Assembly (NCBI GenBank): GCA_043228905.1
Contig: JBHGNT010000016.1
Coordinates: forward strand, 9,300,001-9,364,000
Length of the DNA stretch: 64,000 bases
DNA from: Azolla caroliniana
Lineage: Eukaryota; Plantae; Polypodiophyta
Reading direction: 5' to 3'
Every line of letters begins with the position of its first letter. Position 1 is the first letter of the stretch. Made by a program: the position numbers and the translations under genes. The notes under the pieces are model-generated. The model saw nothing but the letters and a program-made list of their open reading frames with translations. It had not been told where the DNA came from and did no database searches. Of the stretch, positions 47,368 to 60,628 are shown one piece after another.

Positions 47368-50300
47368 TGTGTTGGCCGGTCAGAGAAGGCAAATGGGAAA
47401 GCAAGGTCGGATCGGATAAATATAGAAATAGGAATAGAATTATTAGGAGGGACGGATCCGGTAGTTGTAACCGATCCGGATCCGAACTGATTCGGTTTCG
47501 GTTAACGGTTGCCTACCGAACACCGATTGTAATCTGGCCGGATGCCTATAAAAGGATCCGATGTTTTGTAATGAAAGGGCGAAGAATTAATATAGTTTTG
47601 CTTATGCTGATTAATCTTGTCTTCGTCTGTGCTTAAGTGTAATTATCATACGCGTGTATTAACATCCTATCCCTACCACCCCTTTGGAGAAGTGTCGGAT
47701 AGACACCTGTGTTGAGGCTAGTCCAGCCATACATACAACACCACGATGGCTCCAACATGGCGGAGCACATGAATGCCTTCCAGGGGCTGATCCACCAGGC
47801 AACATCATTGGAAGTACCTCTCGCCGATGAGGTACTAGCACTACTCTTGCTCGGTTCCCTCCCAAATAGCTGGGAGACGTTGGTTGTCACCTTGGGCAAC
47901 GCCGGGCCGGAAGGGAAACGGTTATCCCTAGCAAGAGTGAAATTGAGCTTGCTAGATGAAGAGGCATGTCGGAAAGATAAGGATACGAGCTCCGACTCCA
48001 AAGCGCTCCTTACCGAATCGGAATGCGGAAGACAAAGGAACCGTAGTCCCCAGAACCGGGAGAAGTCGGGGACACGGTCAAAGTAAAGGGGGAGGACTAC
48101 TTGCTTCTATTGCGGTAAGCCGGGACACTTCCAGAAGAACTGTCGGCATTTCCGGAAAGACAAGGAAACCGACGGTACCAATTCGAAGCGGACACCGGAC
48201 CGGGACGGTAAAGACCGGAAGGGAACGACAACAATGGCGGCAAGTGAAGAAGAGTTGATGCTCATCACCGAGGAGAGTGAGATAAACCTTGTCGGCGACG
48301 AGATGACCTGGGTGGTCGACTTTGGATCGTCGTTCCACCTTACCCCGAACCAGAAATGCTTCTCATCCTACTCAGCCGGTGATCACGGCTGTGTCCGGCT
48401 GGGGAATGAAGGTACATGCCAAATTGTCCACATAGGAGACGTGTGGTTGACAACACCAACCGGATGCAAGCTGCTGCTGAAGGATGTCCGACACGTTCCA
48501 GAGGTTCTTCTGAACCTGATATCAGCCGGTGGGCTAGATGATGAAGGCTACACGGGTAGCATCCGGAACGGTGTTATGAAGTTCAGCAAAGGAAGCCTGA
48601 TTGTGGCTCGAGCCCGGAAGGTAAACACGTTTTACCTGATGAATGCCCAGTTATGTCCGGAGGAAGTGAACGTGGCATCCGACACTGCCGGTGAGTTGTG
48701 GCACAAAAGGCTGTGTCACATGAGTGAGAAGGGGATGAACAGGCTTGCAGAAGACAACCTCATTCCAGTGAAGAACGTGCACTTGGAGAAGTGCATTGAT
48801 TTTCTGGCCGGTAAGCAAAACCGGACCTCCTTCCGACCAAGGCCACCGATGAGACGTAATGCACCACTGGAGTTGGTGCATACTGATGTGTGTCAAGTGG
48901 ACACGAAGTCACATGCAGGATCACAGTACTTCGTGATGTTCATAGATGACCACAGCCGGAAGGTGTGGGCCACGCCGTTGAAGACGAAGGATCAGGTGCT
49001 ATCCATCTTCAAAGAGCTCCACGCGAGAGTGGAAAGAGAAATCGGCCGGAAGCTGAAGGCAGTTCGAGCAAATAACGGAGGTGAATACCGGGGGCAATTC
49101 GAGGAGTACTGTCACTCGAAGGGAATCCGGCTCGAATTTATCGTGCCGAAGACGCCTGAACTAAATGGGCTGGCCGAGAGGATGAACCAGACCATAATGG
49201 AGAGGGTCCGGATTATGCTGGCGCATACAAAAGTACCCAAGAAGTTTTGGGCTGAGGCTCTATCGACGGCAACATATGTGATAAACAGATCACCCTCAGT
49301 ACCCTTGGACAGAGACACGCCACAGAGAGTCTGGACCAGTAAGGAAGTGTCCTACCATCATCTGAAGGTATTCGGGTGTCTCGCGTATGTGCATGTTGCT
49401 AAGGACCGGAGAGGAAAAATAGATCCGAAGACCCGGCCATGCATATTCCTCGGTTATGACGACGATGAGTTCGGCTACCGAGTGTGGGACCTGGTCGACA
49501 AGAAGGTATTCCGGAGTCGAGATATTATCTTCATGGAGGACAAGACGCTCGCCGCCTGGGAGTCGGAGAAGAAGATAATGAACTCCAAGTCGACCGGTAA
49601 GGATCGATTCCACGATGAGTAGACCCAACCGGCAAGAGACCGGTTAGCACTCGAGGAACCAGCCGATTACGGTGAGGATATCGAACCGGAAGAAGAAGAA
49701 GTAGAGGAAGCTGAAACCGGAACCGGCCAAGACCCCGAATCGGATTTGGATGAAGAGCAAATGGAGGAGCCGGTTACCAAAGCCCAAAGACGGAGATATC
49801 CTCTCAGAGAGAGAAGGCCCCCCCGGAGATTTCCGGATGCAGAGCATGTGCTGCTGACCGATGAGGGGGAGCCAAAAAGCTTCAAGGAAGCTAAAAGTAA
49901 CACCCATAGCCGCAAATGGTTAAGTGCCATGCAGGATGAGATGGATTCCCTGCATGAGAACCATACGTACAAATTGGTGGAGTTGCCGAAAGGAAAGCGG
50001 GCACTCCGAAACAAGTGGGTGTACAAATTGAAACCGGGAGATGCCGGCAACCCCCCGAGATACAAAGCCAGGATCGTGGTGAAGGGGTTCCAGCAGAAGA
50101 AGGGCGTGGACTTTGACGAGATATTTTCCCCGGTAGTAAAGATGACCTCCATCCGGACGGTGCTGAGTATAGCGGCAAGCATGGACCTCGAGGTAGAGTA
50201 GTTGGACGTGAAGACGACATTCCTTCACTGTGACCTCGAAGAGGAGATCTACATGCAGCAACTGGAAGGATTCATGGAGAAGGGGAAGGAGCACCTGGTA

Positions 50301-50803
50301 TGCCGGTTGAAGAAGAGCCTGTACGGACTGAAGCAGGCTCCCCGACAATGGTACCGAAAGTTCGACTCCTTCATGACCGATCAAGGGTACCACAAGACAT
50401 AGGCCGATCACTGCGTGTTTGTGAAGAAGTTTGAAGGAGGCGACTTCCTAATACTCCTTCTGTACGTGGACAACATGTTGATCGTCGGACGGAACCAAGC
50501 CTGAATACGGATACTGAAGAAGGCTCTCAACCGGACCTTCTCAATGAAAGACTTGGGTCCTGCAAGACAGATGCTGGGGATGCACATCATCCGGGACCGG
50601 TCAAAGAAGCAATTGTGGCTGTCACAGGAGAAGTACGTGACAAAGGTGCTTCAACGGTTCAACATGATAGATGTGAAACCGGTCGGATCGACACTCCCGA
50701 CAAACTGCATATTATCCGGTAAGCAAAACCCGAAGACGAAAGCAGAGAAGGCAGATATGATGAAGGTTCCATATGCCTCTGCCGTCGGGAGCTTAATGTA
50801 CGC

Positions 50804-51259
50804 AATGGTGTGTACCTGACCGGATATAGGATACGCAGTCGGAGTGGTGAGCCGGTTTATGAGCAATCCCGGCAAGGAGCACTGGAACGCGGTCAAATGG
50901 ATACTCCGGTACTTGAAGGGCACTTCAAATATGTGTCTCCGATTCTGCTCCGATAAACCTCATCTTGACGGTTTTACCGATTCGGACATGTCGGCTGATG
51001 TGGATACCAGCCGGTCTACATCCGGGTATGTAATGGTGTGTACCCGACCGGATATAGGATACGCAGTCGGAGTGGTGAGCCGGTTTATGAGCAATCCCGG
51101 CAAGGAGCACTGGAACGCGGTCAAATGGATACTCCGGTACTTGAAGGGCACTTCAAATATGTGTCTCCGATTCAGCTCCGGTAAACCTCAACTTGACGGT
51201 TTTACCGATTCGGACATGTCGGTTGATGTGGATACCAACCGGTCTACATCTGGGTATGT
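50804..51259 (+). repeat. 228-bp in-frame tandem duplication in Copia D RT/RH
   Basis: AATG microhomology at 50804, 51032 and 51260; MVCTRPDIG..TSGYV repeated. Confidence 0.9.
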
Positions 51260-54222
51260 AATGACATATGTAGGGGGAGCTGTTTCATTGTAGTCGAGGT
51301 TGCAGAAGACGGTTGCACTGTCAACCACGGAGGCGGAGTACATGGCGGCTGTGGAAGCCGGCAAGGAAATATTATGGATGAAGGACTTCATCGGAGAGCT
51401 CGATATCCGGCAAGATGAATACCGGCTCTATTGCGACAGTCAAAGTGCCATCCACCTTGCTAAGAATGCGGCCTACTATTCCCGGACGAAGCATATCCAA
51501 AGTAGGTATCACTAGATCCGTGAAAGAGTAGATGACCAGGAGTTCGTGTTGACGAAGATCCACACGACCGAGAATGGGTCAGATATGCTGACCAAAGTAC
51601 TGACACCTGACAAGCTGGATGCATGTCGGAAGCGGGTAAGACTAGTAAGACACCCCATGCCGGAGTGAAGGGGGAGTTTGTTAGGAAACAGGTCCCTCCG
51701 GATGAGGAGTACCCGACTACGGAAGACCCGGTGAGAACCGGATGATGAAGACCCGGTGAGAACCGGATGATGAAGACCCGGTGAGAACCGGATGAGGAGT
51801 ACCCGGCTACGGATGACCCGGTGAGAACCGGATGAGGTGTACCCGGCTACGGATGACCCAGTGAGAACCGGATGAGGAGTGCCCGGCAAGCGTCGGATGA
51901 TGCAGGCCCGATGACGAGTGCTCACCGGATGGATGATGCAGGCCGGTGAGGAGTGCTCACCGGATGAAGGGACATATTCGTAAATATGTTTCTGAGAGTT
52001 CATCGGGGCTATATTTGTAAATAGTCGAAAAGTCATATTAGTATAAATATGACTTAGGGCAAACAGAGAATAAGGTTGTTGTCATTCTTGTTGGTGCAAG
52101 AATAGAGAGCGCGTACCAGTGTACAGAGAGAGAGAGAGAGAGGAAGAGGTCGTTGCCTCTGTTGTAACCGCCGCCTGTGGCGAAGATAGAAAGCTCGAGG
52201 TTGTTGCCTCGGTGCTTTACTGTTGTACATTGTAACATAGTGATAGTTTGCAGCCTGTGGGTTGCCGTGGTTTTTTCCCTAGTTTGGGTTTTTCCACGTA
52301 AATATCCTGTGTACTCTTCTCTCCATTGTGTCGTGCTTTCATTTCCCGTTTTCTGTGTATGATTCTAAGCTCGGTTGTGGCCGAGCATTGCGCATAAGGA
52401 GCGTGCAGTTCCTGTCACATACTACATGTTCCGACAATCACAAAGAACCTTGTGTCGGTCGGGCAGATCGTCAACCAAGGGATGCAGGTGTGGTTTACGC
52501 ATCTCGGGTGTTTCATTGAGGAAGAGGGTTGGATAATTGCGCAAGGACGGAAGGATGTTTATCCTCGACACCAATGACATAGGCACCTCCTTGTTTGCCA
52601 AAGGACAGAAGATCGAATCAGACATCGATCTGTAGCACAAGCGGATCATCCGTGTCAACTATCGGAGGCTTCAGGACCTGCAATCTAAACAAGTTGTTTT
52701 CTGATTGTCAAAATTTAGTGGTCGGAAGGCCCAAATATGTGAAGCCTGCCAGCTTGGAAAGAAACACTGGCTTCCATTCCCCACCAAGAGAAACTAAACC
52801 CGTAACATGCTCGACTTAATCCATTCAGATGTATGGTGACTGACATAGAATGTTAGTCTTGACGGTAGTCGATCTTTTGTCTCCTTCATTGACGACTACA
52901 GTCGGCACACATGGATCTACCTGATTGAAAAGAAAAGGAAGTTTTCGATTGTTTCCAGAACTTGCAAAGTTTAGTTGAATAGGAAATAGAAAGGAAGATC
53001 AAGTGCTTGCGGTTGGATGACGGAAAAGAATATTTTTCCGGCCAATTCAACAGTTATCTACAACATAAAGGAATTTGAAGAGAATTCAGCTTTCGATACA
53101 CACTAAAACAAAACGGTGTAGTCGAAAGGAAGAACCGGTCGATTGTGGACGCGGCAAGGGCAATGCTGGATGAGAAGAGCATGCCCAAGTTCTACTAGGC
53201 TGAGGCGGTCCGAATGACCGTCTACATCCAAAACCGGATTGGGGATAAGGTGTCAGCACAGAGTTGTATATCGGGCAAAAGCCAAACTTGAGGCACCTTA
53301 GGATATTCGGTAGGATAGCCTATGTGCATGTACTGGATGAGAAATGGAGGAATCTGGACCCAAAGTCAGAGTAATGCATACTAGTCGGCTACTCTCATGA
53401 GCAGAAGGGGTATAAGTGCTATAACCCCCGAACAAAGATAGTCTGAGTAAGCTGAGATGTTGAGTTCAATGAATCAACATCATGGTACTCTCTACCGACT
53501 CCAACTCCTGACTCTGAACTGATTCCGGAAGATGAGGCTAGCCAGCCAGAATCGATCCGGGCAGAAGATGAGGAAGACTTTGGTACTTTGGAAGAGAGTC
53601 CATTCTAATTCCAACTAAGTGGGCTGAATGGGTAACTGAGTCAGAACAACCAGTCCGATGAGGAGCCGACGAGTACCGGAGACTCAACCGTGCTCTCCCT
53701 GCGTAAGGAACCAAAGAAATGGTTCACATGCAACGAAAAAGGGAAGAAGAAGATGCCAGAGTATGACATGGGTAGGTACGAGTCACATCCTAGTGAATCT
53801 GACTCTGGAAAGAACGAGGACGGGCCTTTAGAAAAGAAGTCTGAGCTAGCCAAGAGGGCCATCAAATTGGCCAACGAGAAGTTACATCAATCTACCTGCC
53901 AAAAGAACCTTGTAAAACAGTACGGCTACAATGATTACACGGTGCATCACTATGCGTACATGAAGAAAGTGGTGGAAGTGTGTGAGTTGCAGAGCTACAC
54001 AGAAGTGGCAAAAGACGCGAATGGGCGTGCCGCAATGGAGGAAGAAGTGCGGGCACGAGATGCCAATGACACATGGGACCTTGTTGACCCTCCCTGACAT
54101 TGCAAACCGATCGGTTGCAAGTGGGTGTACAAAGTCAAGTATAATGTTGACGGTTCGGTCAACTAGTACACGGCCCGGTTAGTAGCAAAGGGATACGTGT
54201 AGACCCACAGAATCGAGTATGA

Positions 54223-54354
<132 letters not shown>

Positions 54355-57300
54355 TAACCCCCCGGATTTCAGTCAGAGATGAACAAGTCGGCAGTGTGCT
54401 AACTCAAGAAGTTGCTTTACAGTCTAAAGCAAGCCCCTTGAGCTTGGAATGTGAAATTCACGCACCAATTGCGTAAGATGGGGTTTGAGACCTCCAAATC
54501 CGAATTTTCATTGTTCACTCAGAAAGGTCTGGATGGTCCAGTATGTATCCCGTTATATGTAGATGATCTAGTGATCACCGGACCAGGGCTCGATGAAATC
54601 GGCCGAGTGAAGTCCCAACTGTAAGACGCATTTGAAATGAAGGACCTGGGGGACCTTCATTATTTTCTGTGGATTGAGGTGATCCATACCCTTGACGGCA
54701 TATTGCTCTCACAACAACATGATGTGCTAAATATGTTGTACAAGTTTGGCATGACGGATTGCCAACAGATCCCACACCCCTAGACCAGAACCAAAATCTT
54801 CGTCCCAACTCTAGAGCAGCCTGCAATGAGACATGGTTTCGACAAATCATCGGAAGTTTGATATATCTGACTATCACCCGATCCGACATCAGCAATCTAG
54901 TCGGAGTGATCAGTCAGTTTATGTAGAAGCTGACCGTGGAGCATCTTTAATGCATGCACTGGATACTTCGGTATGTTAGCGGCACTAACGACAAGGGATT
55001 GTTATACTAACGTGGTATAGTTGTAAAGCTAGTCGGATATATAGATGCCGACTGGGCCGGAAATGTGTTGGATCGACGATCCACTTCTGGATTCACGTTC
55101 TCTCTAGGTAGCGCGGTTGTTGCATGGAGTAGCAAAAAGCAGCCAATAGTGGCTTTGTCGAGCACTGAGGCTAAATATCAGGGAGCTACTATTGCCACCT
55201 GTGAAGCCATCTGGCTTCGGAGGCTGCTGCAAAACCTCCGAATCGAGGTACCGACCCCGATCCTGATCTATTGTGACAATGTAAGTAGCATACAACTCGC
55301 TAAGAACCCCATATTTCATGCTCAGACAAAGCACATAGAAGTACATTATCACTTTGTGCATTAGCGGGTCCTGAGCTGTGAAGTTGAACTTCGGTATGTT
55401 CACACGGATCAGTAGGTTGCCGACATCTCCACCAAGTTGATCAGATCGGCCAAGTTGCAACACTTCTCGGAGAAGCTTGGTCTACAGCATCTCGACGTGC
55501 CACACTTAACGGGAGACGGAGACAGGTAATGGCACCGAACAAGGAACCGGAGAGAAAGAGAGAACCAAGATAGAGGGAGACAAGAAGAAAAAGGAAATTG
55601 AGTCGAGCGAAGGAGTCAACACATTTGGATGAGTCAGAGCAAGCGGCAACGACAACAGAGTCATGACAGACAGAGCTGGCCGGAAGGAAAAGGCCAAGAC
55701 CCAGACATGGTACGATGTTGTGAAAGGCTGAAAAACAAGAGACGAGTTGGAGACTACCAACTCGAACAAGAGCTGGAACGAGTCGGAGACAACCGATTCA
55801 GTTCAACAATTTGATTCGGAGGAACGGATCTACTAAAGGCCAAGTAGAGGAGGAGACAGCGGAAGTCGACGCTAATACGGAGGAAACAACGGGTTGACAG
55901 GCACTAGAATCGCAACAGTGAAGCAGCTTAGATGGGCATGTCGATTAGACAAGCCAAGCGAGGAGGTCGAGGAGAGCACAACTGGATGGGTCATGGAAGG
56001 AGGAATTGGATTGGACGAGGATCACGAGTGAGGTGGGAGGATGCTAGAAGGAGCTAAATGAAAGATCTGGTTGCCCTAGACACTAACACCACGATCCGAC
56101 CTCAAGTTGGCTTGAGGGGGAGTGTTGAGCGAACAAGCTCAATCGGATCCGGATTGTATCCAAATCGGTGTCCGGATAAGTATCCGGAACGGATGGACCA
56201 GATTGGTATTCGTGACCAAGAGGTGGATCAAAGAGCTGGAGTCAAGTGTGAACCGGTAGGCCGTTTCGAGGCCTACTCTTCTAGACTACTAGGTAGTCAT
56301 GGTCCTCGTAGTTAGTGTCAGCCGCTCGTATGAGCATTGAAGTACATAGTACTTCTGTCAATCCCTTGTGGACATGTATAAAAAGTGCTCACTAAGCACA
56401 TCCTATGTACATGGTGTTATTATTTTGAATTTAGTTTATGTTATTCTACTCTCTATGTCTCTCCCGTGTACTGAGTAGTCTAAAGCTACTATTAAACCTT
56501 CATCTCTGTTTTACTGTTGTTATCTAGCTGAGCCGGTTTATCTATGCTTCCACATATTAACTTTCACAAATGTCGACAACTGTCTGAATCCTCCAGAAAC
56601 AGGGGGGGTCAAGGAGGCCTAGACAGAATACTGGTATTGTGGCAAGAAAGACCACAAGGAGAGTGAGTGCTAGAAGAAGCGCGCTAATTCGGACAAATCT
56701 GGATCTGGCAAGGCTAGACAAGGGAGGTGGCAAAGCTCGCACTATGCCGAAGGATTGGAAGGATCTGGAACCGGAAAGACCAGAAAGACCGGATATGGAT
56801 TAGGCCCAACCTTTGTGATGAAGCACAAGGCTAATTCGATGAAGACAAGAACCTCGAAACCGAATGAGGTATGGTATGTTGATTCTGGAGCATTGAACCA
56901 TATGACGAGCCATGAGGAGTGGTTCGCTTACTTGAAGAAACCGGAACAAAAGGGGGTCATCGAAACCGGTGACGACACCCCACATACCATCAAACATGTA
57001 AGTGAAGTCCCCTTAAACCATGTCAAATAAAAGGGGAAGCTCATGAACCTTCTGCACATCTCGACAATCACAAAGAATCTGATGTTGGTTGGACAAATAG
57101 TCGACCAAGGGATGCAGGTCCGGTTCACACATCTCGGGTACCTCATCGAAGTAGAAGGCAAAGTCTTTGCGCAAGTGTGTCGAGAAGGGAGGATGTTTAT
57201 CCTCGAGACAAATGAGGTCGGAACCGTGATGTTTGCGAAAGGGCAAAAGCTTGAGTCGAATATTGACCTATGGTACAAGTGGTGAACGGCCATATAAACT

Positions 57301-58032
57301 TCCCGTGGCTTCGGGAAATGCAGATGAAGAATATCGTTTTTGGTTTACTGAAATTTAGTGGCTGGAATGGCTAGGTCTGTGAAGCCTGCTAGTTAGGGAA
57401 ACAACACTGACTTCCATTCCCCAATGAGCAAAATCGGAGGCAAAATTGAGTTGATTTGATCCATTCGGATGTCTGAGAACCGGCATCAAACGTGAGCATC
57501 GGAGGACGCCGTTACTTTGTAACCTTCATCGATGACTACACTCGGCACACTTGGGCTTGCTTGATCGCAAAGAAGAGTGAAGTCTTTGCCTGCTTCCTGA
57601 AGGTGAAGAGCCTTGTCAAACGGGAAACCTGCAGGAAGATCAAGTGCCTAGGGTCCGATGGTGGAAAAGAGTACTTTTCTGACCAATTCTCGAGTTATCT
57701 GCAAAAGGAAGGAATTCGGCGGCAATTGTCTTGTAGATACACACAAGAGCATAACAGTGTGGCCGAGCGGAAGAACCGGACTATAGAAGAGGTGACACAG
57801 GCAATGCTTGAGGAGAAGCATATGCCGAAGTTTTACTGGGCCGAAGTGGTTTGGACAGCTTTCTACCTACATAATTGGACATCTGCAAACGGAGGACTGT
57901 CACCACATGAGCTATATTTCGGGTATTTGGTAGCATTGCATATGTGCATGTGCTGAAGGAGAAACGGAGGAAGTTAGACGCAAAGGACGAGAAGTGTATC
58001 TTGGTAGGCTACTCGGGAAACAAAAGGGTTAT

Positions 58033-60628
58033 TGTTGCAAATAGTGCTCGGCCACAACCGAGTCTTAATCACTCAATGGAAGAAACAGAAATAAAATAAG
58101 AATGAGCACTAACACAGTCAATTGAGAGGACACCGGATGTTTACGTGGAAAACCTTGAGAGGCAAGACCACGGGAGTTCTCTAACTCCGAACAGACTAAC
58201 TATAGAGAGGAAGGGTGCAATGAGAGACTTAGAGGCAACAACCTCGAGCTCTGTCTTCGCCAAAAAATGGTTATAATGGAATCAAAGATAAGTGTATGGC
58301 CTGAAAACAATGGTAAGAGAGCTTATGGACAAGATGGCTTTCGAAAACAGCATAGCACAATTGATCACCTTGTCACCCTTCGAGTATTAATGGAGGAATG
58401 TCGCCTTAGAGGTAAAGGTTTATATTGTTTCTTTGTAGACTTCAAGAAAGATTTTGATATGGTACCTTGTGAGCATCTTTCGAGGCTAATGGAAGCACTT
58501 GAGGTGCCAAGTGAATATTGCTTGCAATTTCCCGAATTTATGAGATGGTTATATGTTGTGTGCGCATGAGAGATAAACTTTCAGATTTTTTCAAAAGCAC
58601 TATTGGTGTTAAGCAAGGATGCCCACTCTCACCAACACTATTTGGTCTATGCATTGAATAAATGGTTACCAAGTTTGCAAAGGAAGAATGTGTTGAAGAA
58701 GTTACCATTGGGAATGTTGTGATTACACTTTTGCTATATGCAGATGATGTAGTGCTTTTTGCAAATACTTTAGGAGATGCACAAAAGCTTATGAAGGCAT
58801 TGGAAAAATTTTGCATGCATACTAAGTTAAGTGTCAATAGCTCTAAAACAAAGATTATGCTTGTGAAGAGCCAAAAAAGAGATCAACGATGCATTATGTA
58901 CAACAATGAGCCACTTGAATCTTTGGAAAGCTTCAAATATCTTGGCCTTGAAGTTCCTTCAAATCATAGATGGAATGAATGTGCTACATGCCGCTTACAA
59001 GCAGGTAAGCGAGCATACTATGCATTTGAGAACACATCCAATCTTGGATATATTAAGTGTTGGGTCCTCAAGAAATATCTTTTCGACACTTTGGTGACAC
59101 CGGTTCTTCTCTATGGGGTGGAAGTATGAGGCGGGGTAGCATCCCTAAATCTATGTGGAAAGAGTTTGAAAATGTCCAACAACATTTTCTTACAAAGTTT
59201 CTACAAGTTAAGAAACAAACATCCTACACCCTCCTCCTCCTTGAGACAGGATCTCTTCCCATTGTTAAATACATGCTTAAGGTTCAAAAAAGTCCCTCGC
59301 ATCCACTTCCTAGAATTGCATGGGAAGCAAGCAAAAAGATCCAAAAGACGCATAAAAGCAAAATTTTGTCTTCCAATTGGATGCAACATATAGAAAAACG
59401 GTTTGGTAGATGGGATGCGAGACACTTGGTTCATGATGCATCATTAGATTCCTCTATAAATGAGGCCTTTTTGCAATGCCAATGTATCATGACATGGGAC
59501 AAATGTGGAAGCTCACACTTCACACATTATGCTACACATGTTGCACCTAACTACAAAACCATATTCTTTGCAGAACGGGGAAATCGTACACATCGATACA
59601 TGTTAGAGCCCATACCGTTATCTGCCATTCGAACCATTGCTTCCATGCGACTTAGCTCACATGCATTGCAATGTGAGACATGGCGTTGGGGCACAAGAGA
59701 TGAGAGTGGTCAGCTATGCACACTTTGCCCTAAACAAGTTCGCGAGTCTAAGTATCACACTTTGATACAATGCTCTACCTTTGATCATATTCGACCATGC
59801 TTTCCACATCTCTTTGACCGAGCCCAATCCTTGCATGAATTCCTCGATTGCAACATTCATTGGTAAAGTTCTTAAACATCAAGAGTCACTACTAACTTTC
59901 ACACGTATCACGTGAAATGTAATATTTTTGGTCTCATAGGTCATATTTGACTTCCGAAGACGATAATATAATCTCTCTCTCTCTCTCTCTCTCTTTGTTT
60001 ATAACAACACAACGACAACACATGCTACAACTACAATGATAACTGTAACATTAATTAACCATTTGCTCTAGTTATATTTATACATATGTAACTTATCTAG
60101 ATATCCTTCCGGATCTATCCGATCTGGCTTCCTCCTCCAGATCCTCGGATCCGGCTTGACCGGTCCCCATCCGGAGGGACCGATATCTCAACAATCTCCC
60201 CCTTCACTCTGACATGGGGTCTTCGTATACCCGAGATGTCTCCGGCACAAGTCTAGCTTGTCTGTTGATAGCACCTTGGTCAGTATATCCAACCCGTTCT
60301 CCTCTGTGTGGATCTTCACCAGAGTGAAGGCTTGGTCTTCTACTCTCTTCTAAAGCCAGTGCTATCTGATCACTCTGACTGCATATCCGATGTCTAGTCG
60401 GGTACACACCATTGCGTTCATGAGACTTCCAACTATAGAGGCATACAGTGTCTTCATCATTGCCGACTTCTCTGCCTTTGTCTTCAGGCTCTATTTTCTG
60501 GACAGTTTGCAAATTGCCGGAAGTGTTAACATGACCGGCTTAGCATCCAATATGCAGAACCTTTGAAGCACCTTTGTCATGTACTTCTCCTGTGACAACC
60601 ACAACAACTTCTTCGTCCGGTCCCAGAC
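58033..60628 (-). mobile_element. Tork-like Copia 3' end (RH remnant, PPT, 3' LTR 58033-60193) split by a LINE
   Basis: Minus strand KIHTEENG..ILTKVL, GTGAAGGGGGAGAT then TGTTGAG..GGTCCCTCCGGATGG, and LTR end CGGTTGTGGCCGAGC..CAACA. Confidence 0.85.
58262..59994 (+). mobile_element. 5'-truncated LINE (RTE/RTEX-like) with RT and C-terminal CCHC
   Basis: QDGFRK..STIDH, FVDFKK, GVKQGCPLSP, LLYADD, KYLG, LLYGVEV, RLSSH..CTLC..H..QC; ends at (TC)n. Confidence 0.88.

Larger units (their letters stand above)
37588..47740 (+). mobile_element. Young full-length Ty3/Gypsy non-chromovirus with extra ORFs (Arg family)
   Basis: 371-bp LTRs 37588-37958 and 47370-47740 (one mismatch seen), perfect TSD CCACG, intact 1708-aa gag-pol and 963-aa 3' ORF. 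Confidence 0.97.
36549..52417 (+). mobile_element. Ty1/Copia element D (same family as A), decayed, host of the young Gypsy
   Basis: LTRs 36549-37220 and 51679-52417, TSD TGTAC/CATAC (from CGTAC), PBS TGGTATTAGAGC, gag-pol 37251-51668 with many stops. Confidence 0.93.

Noticed and set aside
32553-47419. Long antisense or alternate-frame ORFs over Gypsy genes
   Set aside because: Shadow ORFs of GC-rich, purine-biased coding strands, with no recognisable motifs or cross-copy conservation.
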